A stretch of DNA of 63,330 nt, filler included, from Diploschistes diacapsis (GCA_023645945.1; 26 parts of 26 records of this genome joined end to end with filler, not necessarily neighbours in it), one strand, 5' to 3'; numbered from the whole stretch's first letter, positions 51,871-63,330 are shown. A program made the numbers and translations. Notes: a model not told the origin generated them from the letters alone.

Positions 51871-52491
51871 CGGGGCGGATTTTGGGATTGATTGATTGAT
51901 TGAGCGGCTGCTTCTGGAGGAGGAGGAGGAGGAGGAGGAGGGCGGTGAGGGTGATGATAACGATGCTGATGATGGTGGTGGCGAGGGGGTTGTTTGTGGG
52001 GTTGATTGTTTGATCGGTGGGGTTGTGCTGATGTGAGGATGATGAGATGAATGGAACGATGAAAGGGGTTGCGCGGTGGAGGGGNNNNNNNNNNNNNNNN
52101 NNNNNNNNNNNNNNNNNNNNNNNNNNNNTTAATTAATTAANNNNNNNNNNNNNNNNNNNNNNNNNNNNNNNNNNNNNNNNNNNNGTATATTAATTAAATA
52201 CATCGATATCGATAAACAGTATAAGATCTAAGTATTAAATCTTTAAAAAATCATTAAAACGAATTCGGTTAAATTTAAAAAAGATAAAACGTTTAATTTT
52301 TAAGAGCTGAGGCTTCTCGAAAATAATAAGGAAGGTGATAACATAATACCTATCCGAAAGCCAATAAAACGACTAATCGTTGACTCAGTACTGTTACGAT
52401 CCGAGGTCCCGACCTCGTCACGTCCCAGTTGCTCGTTATATAGCCCCGGTGACGCAGGGTCACGTAACTAACAAACAATCAACGATAAATA

Positions 52492-52806
52492 TAGGCTGGC
52501 CGTTTCGTGCCACGGTCACTGACACGGACACTGTAGCAAAAATTTTCAAAACACGGGATATTGACACGGACACTATAGTTAAAATTTTATAACACGGACA
52601 CTAATACGGATATTATATTATAATAAAAGCACGGACACGGATACTATAATTAAAAATATTAAAATATTAATATTAATACGGATATTATATTTCCGTGAAT
52701 TCACGAACACGGACACCGCAGCTAAAAAATCTAAAACGCGGACACTGACACTATCAGTATCCGTGTTACTGACACGGCCGTGTCAGTGTCAGTAACGGCC
52801 AGCCTG
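52492..52806 (+). mobile_element. Complete MITE (315 bp)
   Basis: TAGGCTGGCCGT...ACGGCCAGCCTG; shortest module arrangement of the family. Confidence 0.85.
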
Positions 52807-53771
52807 AAAATTAAAGATATTTTTTGAATTAACGTATAAAATGATAATTTTTAAAATCGAGATTAAAACATTTCGTACGATAAATAAAATATTTAATAAA
52901 CGAAAAAGAATTATAAAACGCGCGTACGAATTCAAGAATTATTTAACGTATTAGAAATAATCGTATTATAATCTTTAAAAATCGAAATTGGTATAAAAAA
53001 GATCGAATTACCTATACGACGTTATAATAAATGTAATTAATTCGAGCATAATAGGCGAACTTACGAAATAAAAACTATAACTTTAAAAAAATATTAATAA
53101 TTAATATAATAAATTATCGTACGAATCAATTGTGTAAATATAATTGCAACTCGTATGAATCGAGAAGGATGTCCGTTCGCTATGAGTGTCCGCTCGCTAT
53201 TCATATACGTNNNNNNNNNNNNNNNNNNNNNNNNNNNNNNNNNNNNNNNNNNNNTTAATTAATTAANNNNNNNNNNNNNNNNNNNNNNNNNNNNNNNNNN
53301 NNNNNNNNNNCGGGACGGGGATTACGTGATATATTTATTACTCGCGTTTATTCTCGTAAGCGGTAAACGGGTTTTCGCTACCGTTCGATAATCGCGTTTA
53401 TTCTCGTAAGCGGTAAGTTTCGGGAATATCATTCGTTAAATTTACGATAAACGGCGAACGAGTTAATTATATATAAGTACGATTTTATTTTCGTGAAAAA
53501 GAACGTGTTTACTTTTATAAATATCTTTAATTATTATTCGGAATTAATTTATATTCGTTATTTTTATTTTTAAAGAGTCTTCTTTTAAGAGATAATTTAA
53601 GACTTATAATTGCTCTACCTTCTTCTCCTGCCACATTCCTCTTCTAACAGAGACTAAACCCATCTTGATCCTACTCGTGTATACCTTGTATAGATAGAGA
53701 TCATAACACCCGCGAAACAGGCACTTTCGCCAGACTTTTTTTTTTGCTTGAAAAACTTTTCGTGATGGGGA

Positions 53772-54174
53772 TGTTGAAAGTGGTGGAAGTTCCTAATAGA
53801 TAACAAATGACTAAGCGTGTATTCTGCAGCTAATCCTAATTAGGAAATAATCCTAGCCTGCCTAGCCGGTAGCTGACTATTATTCAATAAGAATATATTG
53901 AAGAGGTTGAAGGTTATATATATGAAAGTTGGAGGGTGAGAGGCCTGTTATAGGCACATTTCAAGCTAGTGTGATTAGTAATAATTTAATCTAGAATGTT
54001 CTTTATCCTTTTAAATCATTCGATGTATTGGTGAGCCGAATATTCTAAAATATTCTAGAATATTCAATAATATTCGATAATCTTCAATAATATTTTATTA
54101 TGTACTAGAATATTCGAACATGCTCGAAGCTTAGTAAGCAATCTGACTATCCTATTTAGGTTAGTATTCTGACA
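53772..54174 (+). mobile_element. Solo LTR family B (403 bp)
   Basis: TGTTGAAAG...TTCTGACA; near-TSD GGGGA/TGGGA. Confidence 0.7.
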
Positions 54175-54650
54175 TGGGACAAACAATGTTGGATTAGGAG
54201 ATCCAACATTATCAGAGATTACTAGGTAATATGAATTACTAGTAATAATCAGGTAAAAGTATCTATAAAAGATCTTTCATCTCCTACAGTTTTAATCTTC
54301 ATCTCCATCCAGTTACTGTGACCTATAGGGTCATAGNNNNNNNNNNNNNNNNNNNNNNNNNNNNNNNNNNNNNNNNNNNNTTAATTAATTAANNNNNNNN
54401 NNNNNNNNNNNNNNNNNNNNNNNNNNNNNNNNNNNNGTTCGTGTCCGTGCTTTTATTATAATATAATATCCGTATTAATATCCGTGCCGAGAAGATTTTT
54501 ATTAAAATATTCGTATCCGTGCATTCTCTGAAATATTTTAAAATATTTTTTTTCAATTTTAATAATTCTGGAATTATCACGTCTATTTTTCACGCTTTTA
54601 TTTTTTTAAAAAAATTTCACCGCGGTATTTCGGTGGATTCACCGTAGTGT

Positions 54651-54942
54651 TGTTGAACTAAACCACTACACCAAAAGATGCGCACCTTTTAGCAAGCAGC
54701 AGTCCATGTTTATATTCCGACACACCCCCGTAAACATGGCTCTGCGGCTCTTACTGTTTACCTGTGTTCTTTCCAGCCAGATCAAAATCTGCCGTTAGCG
54801 GGACTCGACCTCAGACCTCTGAACTAAATGGATGGGGATGCAGCGCAGTGCGCTACCCGGGCTCATAACCTGTCGAACTAAACCACTACGCCAAAAGATG
54901 CGCACCTTTTAGCAAGCAGCAGTTCATGTTTATATTCCGACA
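54651..54942 (-). mobile_element. Intact Copia-type TRIM (292 bp; 72-bp LTRs)
   Basis: LTRs 54651-54722 and 54871-54942 (TG..CA, 69/72 identical), TSD AGTGT on both sides, minus-strand PBS GGTTATGAGCCC and PPT-like GGGGGTG. Confidence 0.93.
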
Positions 54943-56342
54943 AGTGTTTCGGTAGATTCACGGAAGTATAATATCCGTGTTAATATTAATATTTTAAAAA
55001 TTTTAATTATAATATCCGTGTCCGTGCTTTCACTATAATATAATGTCCGTGTTAGTGTCCGTGTTTTAAAATTTTAGCTGTAGTATCCGTGTTAATGTCC
55101 GTGTTTTGAAAATTTTTGCTATAGTGTCCGTGTCAGTGACCGTGGCACGAAACGGCTAGCCTATTTTTAATATTTCAGGATATAATCGCGGTCTTTCGTT
55201 TACTTTTCGCCATTTTACCGGATGACTGCTTTATTAAAAAAAGATTAAAATTATAAAAAACAAGATATAATAATATAATAATAATAATTATAATATTCAT
55301 GAACTAATTTTTAAAAAGAAAAATAGGAGATTTCCTTCTAAAAACTCTTCTTATGTGGGCCCGCGGCCTCGGCGCGGTGCTAGGGCTGAGATCCTCCGCT
55401 CGCCCGGAGGACTGTCACAGGTATCTGTTACAGTTTATTTTGGTTAGATAGAAGGGGGAAATNNNNNNNNNNNNNNNNNNNNNNNNNNNNNNNNNNNNNN
55501 NNNNNNTTAATTAATTAANNNNNNNNNNNNNNNNNNNNNNNNNNNNNNNNNNNNNNNNNNNNCGAATTATCGGGCCGATAATATTAAAAAAAAATAATAT
55601 TACGATTTAAGTATTAGACTTAACACGTCCTAGCTTTATATATAAATCAATTACGGGATTAAGGGTCACGTGATACGCTTACTGCTCGCGTTTATTTTCG
55701 TAAACGGCGAATAAACTTTCGCTACCGCTCGATGATCGCGTTTATTCTTATAAATAACGAGCCTCGAGAATATTACTCATTAAATTTATAATAAACGACG
55801 AGCGAGCCGATTATATATAAATACGATTTTATTTTTGTAAAAGAAAACGTGTTTACTTTTATAAATATTTTAAGTTATTATTCGGGATTAATTTATATTC
55901 GTTATTTTTATTATCTTAAAATCTTCTTTCTAGAGATAATCTAAGACCTATAATTATTTTATCTTCTTTTCCTATCATATTCCTTTTCTAACAGAAACTA
56001 AACTTACTTTAATCCTACTCGTGTATACCTTGTATAAATAAAAATCATAATAATAAAATTTAATACTTTTTTTATTAATTTTAAATCTTATTAAGGTTAA
56101 TTTATAAATTATTAAAATCTTTAGTTATTTTAAATACTTTGACGTTATCTTAAGAAGAATAAATCGGAAAAAAATAATAAATTAAAAAAATTCAAATATC
56201 GGAAAACTCGATTAGGTCGAAATAAAAAATATTTTATATCTCCGTTCTGCAAGGATGTTTCGCGGATAAATTATTTCCGCTCCATTAACCCATCTCCGTC
56301 CTACCTTAAAAATACGAAAATAATAATATAAAAGATCGTATT

Positions 56343-56587
56343 AACGGTAATATAATTAATTTATAAAAAATACTTTCTAAAATTAATTTTTATTAGTTTT
56401 TAATAATTTTAATAAAAAATATTTTTTAAAAAATACTGACCAATTAGAAGCCGCATAAACGGTAATAAACTAACTAATTTATAAAAAATATTTTTTAAAA
56501 TCGTTTCTTTTTAATTTTTTATTATTTTAAAAAAAAGGATTTTTTAAAAATTCTAACCAATCAGAAGCTATATAAACGGTAACATAT
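56343..56587. repeat. ~115-bp degenerate tandem repeat
   Basis: AACGGTAA recurs at 56343, 56458 and 56575; each unit ends ..CCAAT(T/C)AGAAGC.. Confidence 0.6.
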
Positions 56588-57028
56588 NNNNNNNNNNNNN
56601 NNNNNNNNNNNNNNNNNNNNNNNNNNNNNNNTTAATTAATTAANNNNNNNNNNNNNNNNNNNNNNNNNNNNNNNNNNNNNNNNNNNNGATTTTAATGAAT
56701 CGTTTTCGTGTTCCCGCCGTCCGAAAGCTAAGAATCTTAAAAAAAACAACTACGGATCTATTAAGAGAATAAGCTCTTAAGATTACTAAGGGCACTGAAA
56801 TCAAGATTACCCTGAAAGAGGTCTTTTAAACAGGAATCATACGTTTGTTTTAAGAAGAATTAAAGAATTATATCGTCGAAAAGGATACTCGCGCAGAAGA
56901 ACCGGAACCGAAAATTTTTATTTATTTTACGTATAATTTATCCGTCAGATAATCTAACACGTATAATATTAATTTAAAATAATTGGCCGATATAATAAAT
57001 CTATATAAGACAGCCCAGCCCAGAGGCC

Positions 57029-57117
57029 TGCCAAGCCACGGCAGGGTCAATGCCCAGGTGCTTGCCAAGCCACGGCAGGGTCAATGCCCAGGTGCTTGCC
57101 AAGACACGGCAGGGTCA
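57029..57117 (+). repeat. 34-bp tandem repeat (x2.6) inside a family D LTR (which ends at 57323)
   Basis: TGCCAAGCCACGGCAGGGTCAATGCCCAGGTGCT repeated nearly perfectly. Confidence 0.85.
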
Positions 57118-58024
57118 GGGGGTGGCTGTGTAGATGGGTAGTCCCCGAACCCCGGTAAGCTGGCATCTATACTACTTAACGATGCCCTTCTTTTACCTAG
57201 ATAGTTTCTTCTTCAGCTTTTCGAATCGAGATCTTTTACCTATAGATGTTTAAGTTATATCTAATTCTTCCGGATCAGGTCTAGTCCTCGGTAGAATAAC
57301 ATCCTTTTTTGCGTTGGCGTTTTATATTCGAAAAGTTTACTTTACCTTCGCATTCGTGACGAGAGTTTAAAACATTAACCGAACATTAAGTATTCGAGTG
57401 AATTTACGATAACCGGAACTCGAAAATACTACCCGCCGATCTATTATAAATAATGGCCCCCGTTAATAAAAAGAATTAAAAGAAAAGGAAAGAATCGATA
57501 ATACTTCCGTCTTTTAAAGAATTAACCGAGATATCATCGATTAAAAAATACGATTCAATAGACGAATCGTTAATTAAAGAATAATTCGTAAGATATCCCG
57601 CGTTATAATAGTTATTAACGTTAAAAACTTTCGAAGGATTCAATACCAGCGAAGAATTAATACGAGAAAGATCCTAAAAAGGCCCCCGCGACGAACCTAA
57701 ATGACGAATATCNNNNNNNNNNNNNNNNNNNNNNNNNNNNNNNNNNNNNNNNNNNNTTAATTAATTAANNNNNNNNNNNNNNNNNNNNNNNNNNNNNNNN
57801 NNNNNNNNNNNNCGGATATTAACACGGACATTATATTATAATAAAAGTACGGATACGGACATTATAATTAAAAATTTTAAAACATTAATATTGATACGGA
57901 TACTGCACTTCCGTGAATCCACGGATACGGACACCGCAGCTAAAAAATCTAAAATACGGATACTGACACTGTCAGTGTCCGTGTCACTGACACGGCCGTG
58001 TCAGTGTCAGTGACGGCCAGCCTA

Positions 58025-58509
58025 ATATGGGTTTTTTGGATATAATAAAGCACGCGAGAATCAACGATAAATTAAAGTATATCGATATTGTTTATTATTA
58101 TATACGGGATTTAATTAAACGAGGCCGTATTAATATTACTTATATATTTATAAACAAGATAATTATCGACGGATTAACGAAATCATTAAATTACGTTAAG
58201 CACGATATGTTCGTTAAAGGACTTAGATTAGTATAAAGGGCATTTAACTGGATTAGGTGAACATACCGATGGTTCCGCCCGTGGGGGAATGTTAAGTAGG
58301 TAGGTAGAATGCATGGCTGGGAAGTTTAACTGAATTTCAGGTTTAGGTTTAGTTTAGCTGAACCTATTAGGGTTCCTGTTAATCTTAATCGGGAGTAGTG
58401 CAAGTTTATAGGGCTTAATGGATCTTATTGGTATAAGAGCTTATATGTAGACTATTCCTTCTAATTAGATCTCTAGATATCCAGACTTCAATACATGCGT
58501 TGCCCAAAA
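58025..58509 (+). mobile_element. Copia 3' end: RNaseH relic, PPT and LTR family A (58290-58509)
   Basis: KYIDIVYYYIRD..IDGLTKSL matches the KHIDIRYHFIRD..ADGLTKPL pattern; PPT gtgggggaa abuts TG. Confidence 0.85.
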
Positions 58510-60060
58510 ACTTCGTATAAATTCTAGAGTTTCTTAGATTTCATATAAATTATATGTGCGTGCCATAGCTGATAACGTGTTTGACGGTGAGTCCGGCCAT
58601 CCCCAGAGTCCGGCCACTTCAAATCATTATTTTCATCTTATATTCGATTTTTCTTAATAATGACTACCTCGCATCGCAATAATTCGATTTTAATAAAATT
58701 TAATATTAACGATTATTTATAGGCTCATCACGAAAAGTTTTTCAAGCCAAAAAAAATTTCTGGCGAAAGTGCCTGTTTCGCGGGTTTCGCCCATTTCGCC
58801 AACTTTCGCCGAAACGTTTGGCGAAACGTGGCGAAANNNNNNNNNNNNNNNNNNNNNNNNNNNNNNNNNNNNNNNNNNNNTTAATTAATTAANNNNNNNN
58901 NNNNNNNNNNNNNNNNNNNNNNNNNNNNNNNNNNNNGACCCGAAACGAGTTATTTATTAATTATAAACGGTTATAATAACTATATAACCGTTAATATTAT
59001 TCGTTTTTATATGTCGAATCGAATCGATTTAATGATATTACTATTATATAATTCTTATCTTTTTTAATCATTCGATATCGCAGTATTTTCGTCGTTAAAA
59101 AACGCGTTAACGTAAAAAACGGATTATATTATTCGATTAAATGGATCGCGTATGGTACGTTCGGAACAAATCGAATTATTTAAATAAACGACGCGTTTCG
59201 GGTCGATTCGATCTAATTAAAAGCTTAAAAATACGTATAAACTATGAATAACCGTATTTATCTATTATTTATCTTTTATTATTAATATTAAATAACTAGT
59301 TTCGAGACTTTCGACTAAAATCCAACTAATATTAATATGTAATGCTTTAAAAATAATTATAAACGATAATATCCCGTTAATAATTAAAATATATTCGATC
59401 GTAATTATCTACTTTTATTTTTTTTAATAACTTTTTAATTTAAGTTTATTTAATTCGAAACGAAGGCTTTAAAAAAAGAATTAATATTAATATTTATTTT
59501 ATTTATTTAATCTTACTCTAATCTATCCCTCGGGGGGCATGTAGGACCAACTATGCGTCTTCTCTAGGGAAAAAACCTCTGGAATATTAAAACCCTAAAA
59601 TTCGGCGTTTACCGCCTTATTGACGATTCGGTTCCTATCCGTTTTTACGCCGTTTATGATACCTCGTCGAAATATTATTGCCTAACTAACCGAGATATTA
59701 TAAAATAAAGAAACCGCGAGATTATATTAGGCCAAGCGGTTTATACGTATAATCTAATCGGAAAGAATTCGGATCTTTTACGGGTTTATCGTTAATCATT
59801 TTTAATCTAATTTTTCTTAATATTTTAATTCTTTTTTGTTATATAGGATATAGAAAATGATTATATATCGAATCGTTTCTAATTCGCCGTTATAACGAAA
59901 TTTTAGCGATTCGATTCCGGGGATGTTTTATTTTTTAAAACATTTATTTAACCCGTTTATNNNNNNNNNNNNNNNNNNNNNNNNNNNNNNNNNNNNNNNN
60001 NNNNTTAATTAATTAANNNNNNNNNNNNNNNNNNNNNNNNNNNNNNNNNNNNNNNNNNNN

Positions 60061-60253
60061 TTGAAGTCTAGATATCTAGAGGTCTAGTAGTCTACATGCA
60101 AGCTTCTTATACCAATGGGATCCACTAAGCCCTACAGACTTGCACTACTCCCGATTAGGATTAGCAGGAACCCCAGTAGGTTCAGCTGAACTGAACCTGA
60201 AACTGAGGTTCAGCTGAACTTCCCAGCCATGCATTCTGCCTGCCTGCTCAACA
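60061..60253 (-). mobile_element. Copia LTR family A fragment (little RIP)
   Basis: Ends ..ttctgcctgcctgctcaaca, the reverse complement of the 17117/58290 start. Confidence 0.75.
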
Positions 60254-61942
60254 CGTCTTATATTTAATATAAACGAAATTTTTAAAATAATAATTCAGAT
60301 TAAATCGAGTCAAATAATTTTAAAACGATTTATAACGCGTAAAAAACGTCGTCACGTTTTTGAAATCGAGAAGGATAAAAAGGAAAAAATAGATTTAATT
60401 TTAGATTAATTAGATCCTAATTGCGACGAATACGTTGTATCTAAAAACCGTAAAATATTAGGAATAATGATTTCAGGTGGCCGAGCTGACCGTGAAACAC
60501 ATTAATAAATTACGAGGTTATATAACGGTAGTTCGATGTAGTGGTAATTTAATATAATAAGGGGCAATACGCGCCCGAATATATCTATAATATAAACGAG
60601 TGTTGAGCAACATAATGCATATATTGAAGTAGGCTGGCCGTTACTGACACTGACACGGACACTGATAGTGTCAGTGTTAGTGTTTTAGATTTTTTAACTG
60701 CGGTGTCCGTTCCCGTGGATTCACGGAAGTGCAGTATCCGTATTAATATTAATATTTTAAAAATCTTAATTATAGTGTCCGTGTCCGTGTTTTTATTGTA
60801 ATATAGTGTCCGTGTTAATATTCGTGCCGAGAAAATTTTTATTATAATATCCGTGTCCGTGTATTTATCGAAATATTCTTAAATATTTTTTTAATTTTAA
60901 TAATTTTAGAATTATTACGTTTATTTTTTACGTTTTTATTTTTTTAAAAAAATTATATCGCGGTGTTTCGATAGATTTATCGTAATATTTCGGTGAATTT
61001 ATTATAATGTAATGTCCGTGTTAGTATTAATATTTTAGATTTTTTAATTACGGTATCCGTGTACGTGGATTTACGGAAATATAGNNNNNNNNNNNNNNNN
61101 NNNNNNNNNNNNNNNNNNNNNNNNNNNNTTAATTAATTAANNNNNNNNNNNNNNNNNNNNNNNNNNNNNNNNNNNNNNNNNNNNATATATCCCGACTTAT
61201 AGGAATTATGGTGCGTTCTTATATAATCAATTATTTTCTAATAAAATAAATTAGTAGATAGGTAGAATTACTATTCTCCCGTTCTATCCATAGAGGGTAA
61301 AATAGCCTTCAAGGCTTTCTATTTATTACGTGATTAATGTCATTATGATTGGATTATATATAAGGAGTGATTAGGAAGATGTCCGATCAGCTATAAAATA
61401 TTAAGTGGGCTACTATTTAGTTACTTGGATCGTAACAATAACGTAGAGAATTTAAATAATAAAAGTTTAAGAACCGATACTGAACCTGAACCTAAACCTA
61501 AACCTCAAGCATAATTAATTAACTTATCTGTCTAGATATTAAACTCCTATTCGAAATCGACGAATTAAAATCGAGAGAAAAATACTTTATTCAGATACTA
61601 AATCCTACCATCTAGAATCTTTGGCAGATCACAACACTTTAAAAATTCCTACTTCCTATAATCGTCCCGAACCAGATAATAATGGCCGACGGCCAGTAAA
61701 ATTAAAAGAACGTTTTTAAATTTTAATATTCTACGTTTAAGATATATTATATTCTTTTTCTATATTATGGAAATAAAAGGTTATACAAGACAAAATTTGC
61801 GAAATGGTCGCTAACGGGATTACGACGTTTAAAACAACGCTATTATATTACGAAATATAACGTCATTATCAAAAACAATCGAGTTTAATTGAGAAGATAT
61901 CTAAATAAGCTAATATGCTAAATAACTCCGTCTATAAGAGAA

Positions 61943-62196
61943 TATTGAACAGATAAACGGAAGACATGGCTGTAAACTCGGCTTATTCTAAAAGATTTAC
62001 TAAAAAACCCGGGAAGTTCAGTTTAGTTCAGTTTAGCTGAATTTTATGGAACCCGGTGGAATCCTAACTAGATCGATTAGGAGTAGTATAGGTAGTAGGG
62101 CTTAGCGAGTCCCGTGGGGTATAGAAGTCTGCACAGTAGGATTTCTTCCTAGGAGAAGATCTCTAGACTTCAATATATCCATTAAGTTGCCAAACA
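61943..62196 (+). mobile_element. Copia LTR family A solo copy
   Basis: tattgaacag..catggctg...gttgccaaaca; no TSD. Confidence 0.7.
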
Positions 62197-62307
62197 TTTT
62201 ATATTATNNNNNNNNNNNNNNNNNNNNNNNNNNNNNNNNNNNNNNNNNNNNTTAATTAATTAANNNNNNNNNNNNNNNNNNNNNNNNNNNNNNNNNNNNN
62301 NNNNNNN

Positions 62308-62718
62308 ATCTTAAGATCTTATAATTCAGATCTTAGGCTTTTTTGGATTTTTTCGATTTAATTTACATTAAATAACGTAATCTGTGCCCGCGTTCGTAAC
62401 CGTAACAATTACCGGGAAACGTAATTTCAATAAACGATTAAGCGTAGTAAAGCAGGTGCTAATCCGGGCTCATAACCTATTTAACAACGTAATGAATATA
62501 TTGAAATCTAAAGATCTTTTTTTTAGAAGGTTATTTTACTTTATAGACTTTTATCTTCGTGGGATACGCTATATCCTATTACTTACACTATTCCTTAATC
62601 GGTCTAATTGGAATTCCAGGAGGTTCAGCTGAACTGAACCTCGGAATTCGGCCGAACTGAACCTCCCTCTGGAACTCAGTCGAACTCCCAGCCATGCCTT
62701 CTGCCTGTCTGCTCAACA
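62308..62718 (-). mobile_element. Copia 5' LTR (62478-62718) with PBS and leader
   Basis: Minus-strand GGTTATGAGCCCGG directly abuts the LTR end. Confidence 0.8.
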
Positions 62719-63330
62719 ATTTATTTAAAATTAAATTTAAAGAACGCGTATTACAGAATTAGGATTAAACGAGAAAATAAATAAAAAACAGCGTTTCGTA
62801 CTCGATACGGTTATTTTAAATATATAATAATATTATTCGGGTTAATTAACGCCCTAGCGATTTTTTAAACATATATCAACCGTATATTAATAAGATTAAT
62901 TAATATTATTTATATAATATATTTAAACGACATTTTTTATATTCCCTAATAGTGTTTAGGAGCATGCGGAATACTTTCGATTTGTTTTTAATAAATTTCG
63001 AAAATTTTAATTATTCGTTAATCTCAAGAAATACGAATTTTTTATTAAACGATTAGAATTCTTAAAATACATTATTTCTATTAAAGGAATCGAAATGGAT
63101 ACTAATCGCGTGCGAACTATTAACGAATGGCCGGTATTTAAATCGTTTAAAAAGATATAAATCTTTCTTAGATTCTATAACTTTTACCGAAGGTTTATTT
63201 TAAAATATTCAAAAATTATTAATCCGTTGACAGAACTCCTGAAAAGAAGTAAAAAAAAAAAAAAAATAGGATAGCTTTCTTAGACCGCCAGCGAGGAACA
63301 AGTATTCCGTAATTTAAAAAGAAAATTCGT
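62719..63330 (+). pseudogene. RIPed Gypsy reverse transcriptase fragment
   Basis: LNLKNAYYRIRI..KTAFRTRYGYF..FGLINALAIF..IYLNDI, a degenerate form of LDLKDAY..KTAFRTRYG..PFGLxNAP..YLDD. Confidence 0.85.

Noticed and set aside
54790..54870. tRNA- or SINE-like appearance (B-box-like GGTCGAGTCC on the minus strand)
   Set aside because: No cloverleaf could be built; better explained as the TRIM interior and its PBS
59520..59960. RIPed sequence containing FPIRL (possible Pif1/Helitron motif)
   Set aside because: Following residues do not match AYAxTIHKSQG; unassignable

Overview
This is a filamentous-ascomycete (Pezizomycotina-type) draft assembly, not one continuous locus. It consists of 26 contigs joined by 100-nt N44-TTAATTAATTAA-N44 linkers. 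Two ~18.1-kb gene-bearing contigs (1-18106, 28359-46451) carry intron-containing genes: a secreted Cys/Pro/Gln repeat protein, a conserved hypothetical protein, Vps3844/DUF3844, GPALPP1/DUF3752, VPS8, Spo73/Mug65-like, a small LEA-like protein, Cdt1, NADP-isocitrate dehydrogenase with SKL, MBF1, DUF1365, an F-box-like Cys-rich protein, a GH28 endopolygalacturonase pseudogene and a C2H2 zinc-finger protein. The 24 ~1.03-kb contigs are almost all RIP-eroded, nested transposon debris: Copia and Gypsy/chromovirus LTRs and RT/RNaseH relics, pogo/Fot1 relics, and two non-autonomous TIR families. The most notable signal is an intact 292-bp Copia-type TRIM (72-bp LTRs, half-tRNAiMet PBS, PPT, 5-bp TSD) that escaped RIP inside a RIPed MITE. 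Other notable signals are a modular, accordion-like MITE family whose complete copies have discordant flanks, and a TE-adjacent secreted repeat-protein gene whose 3' end appears truncated by RIP leakage. All family assignments come from motif recognition by eye, not from database searches.
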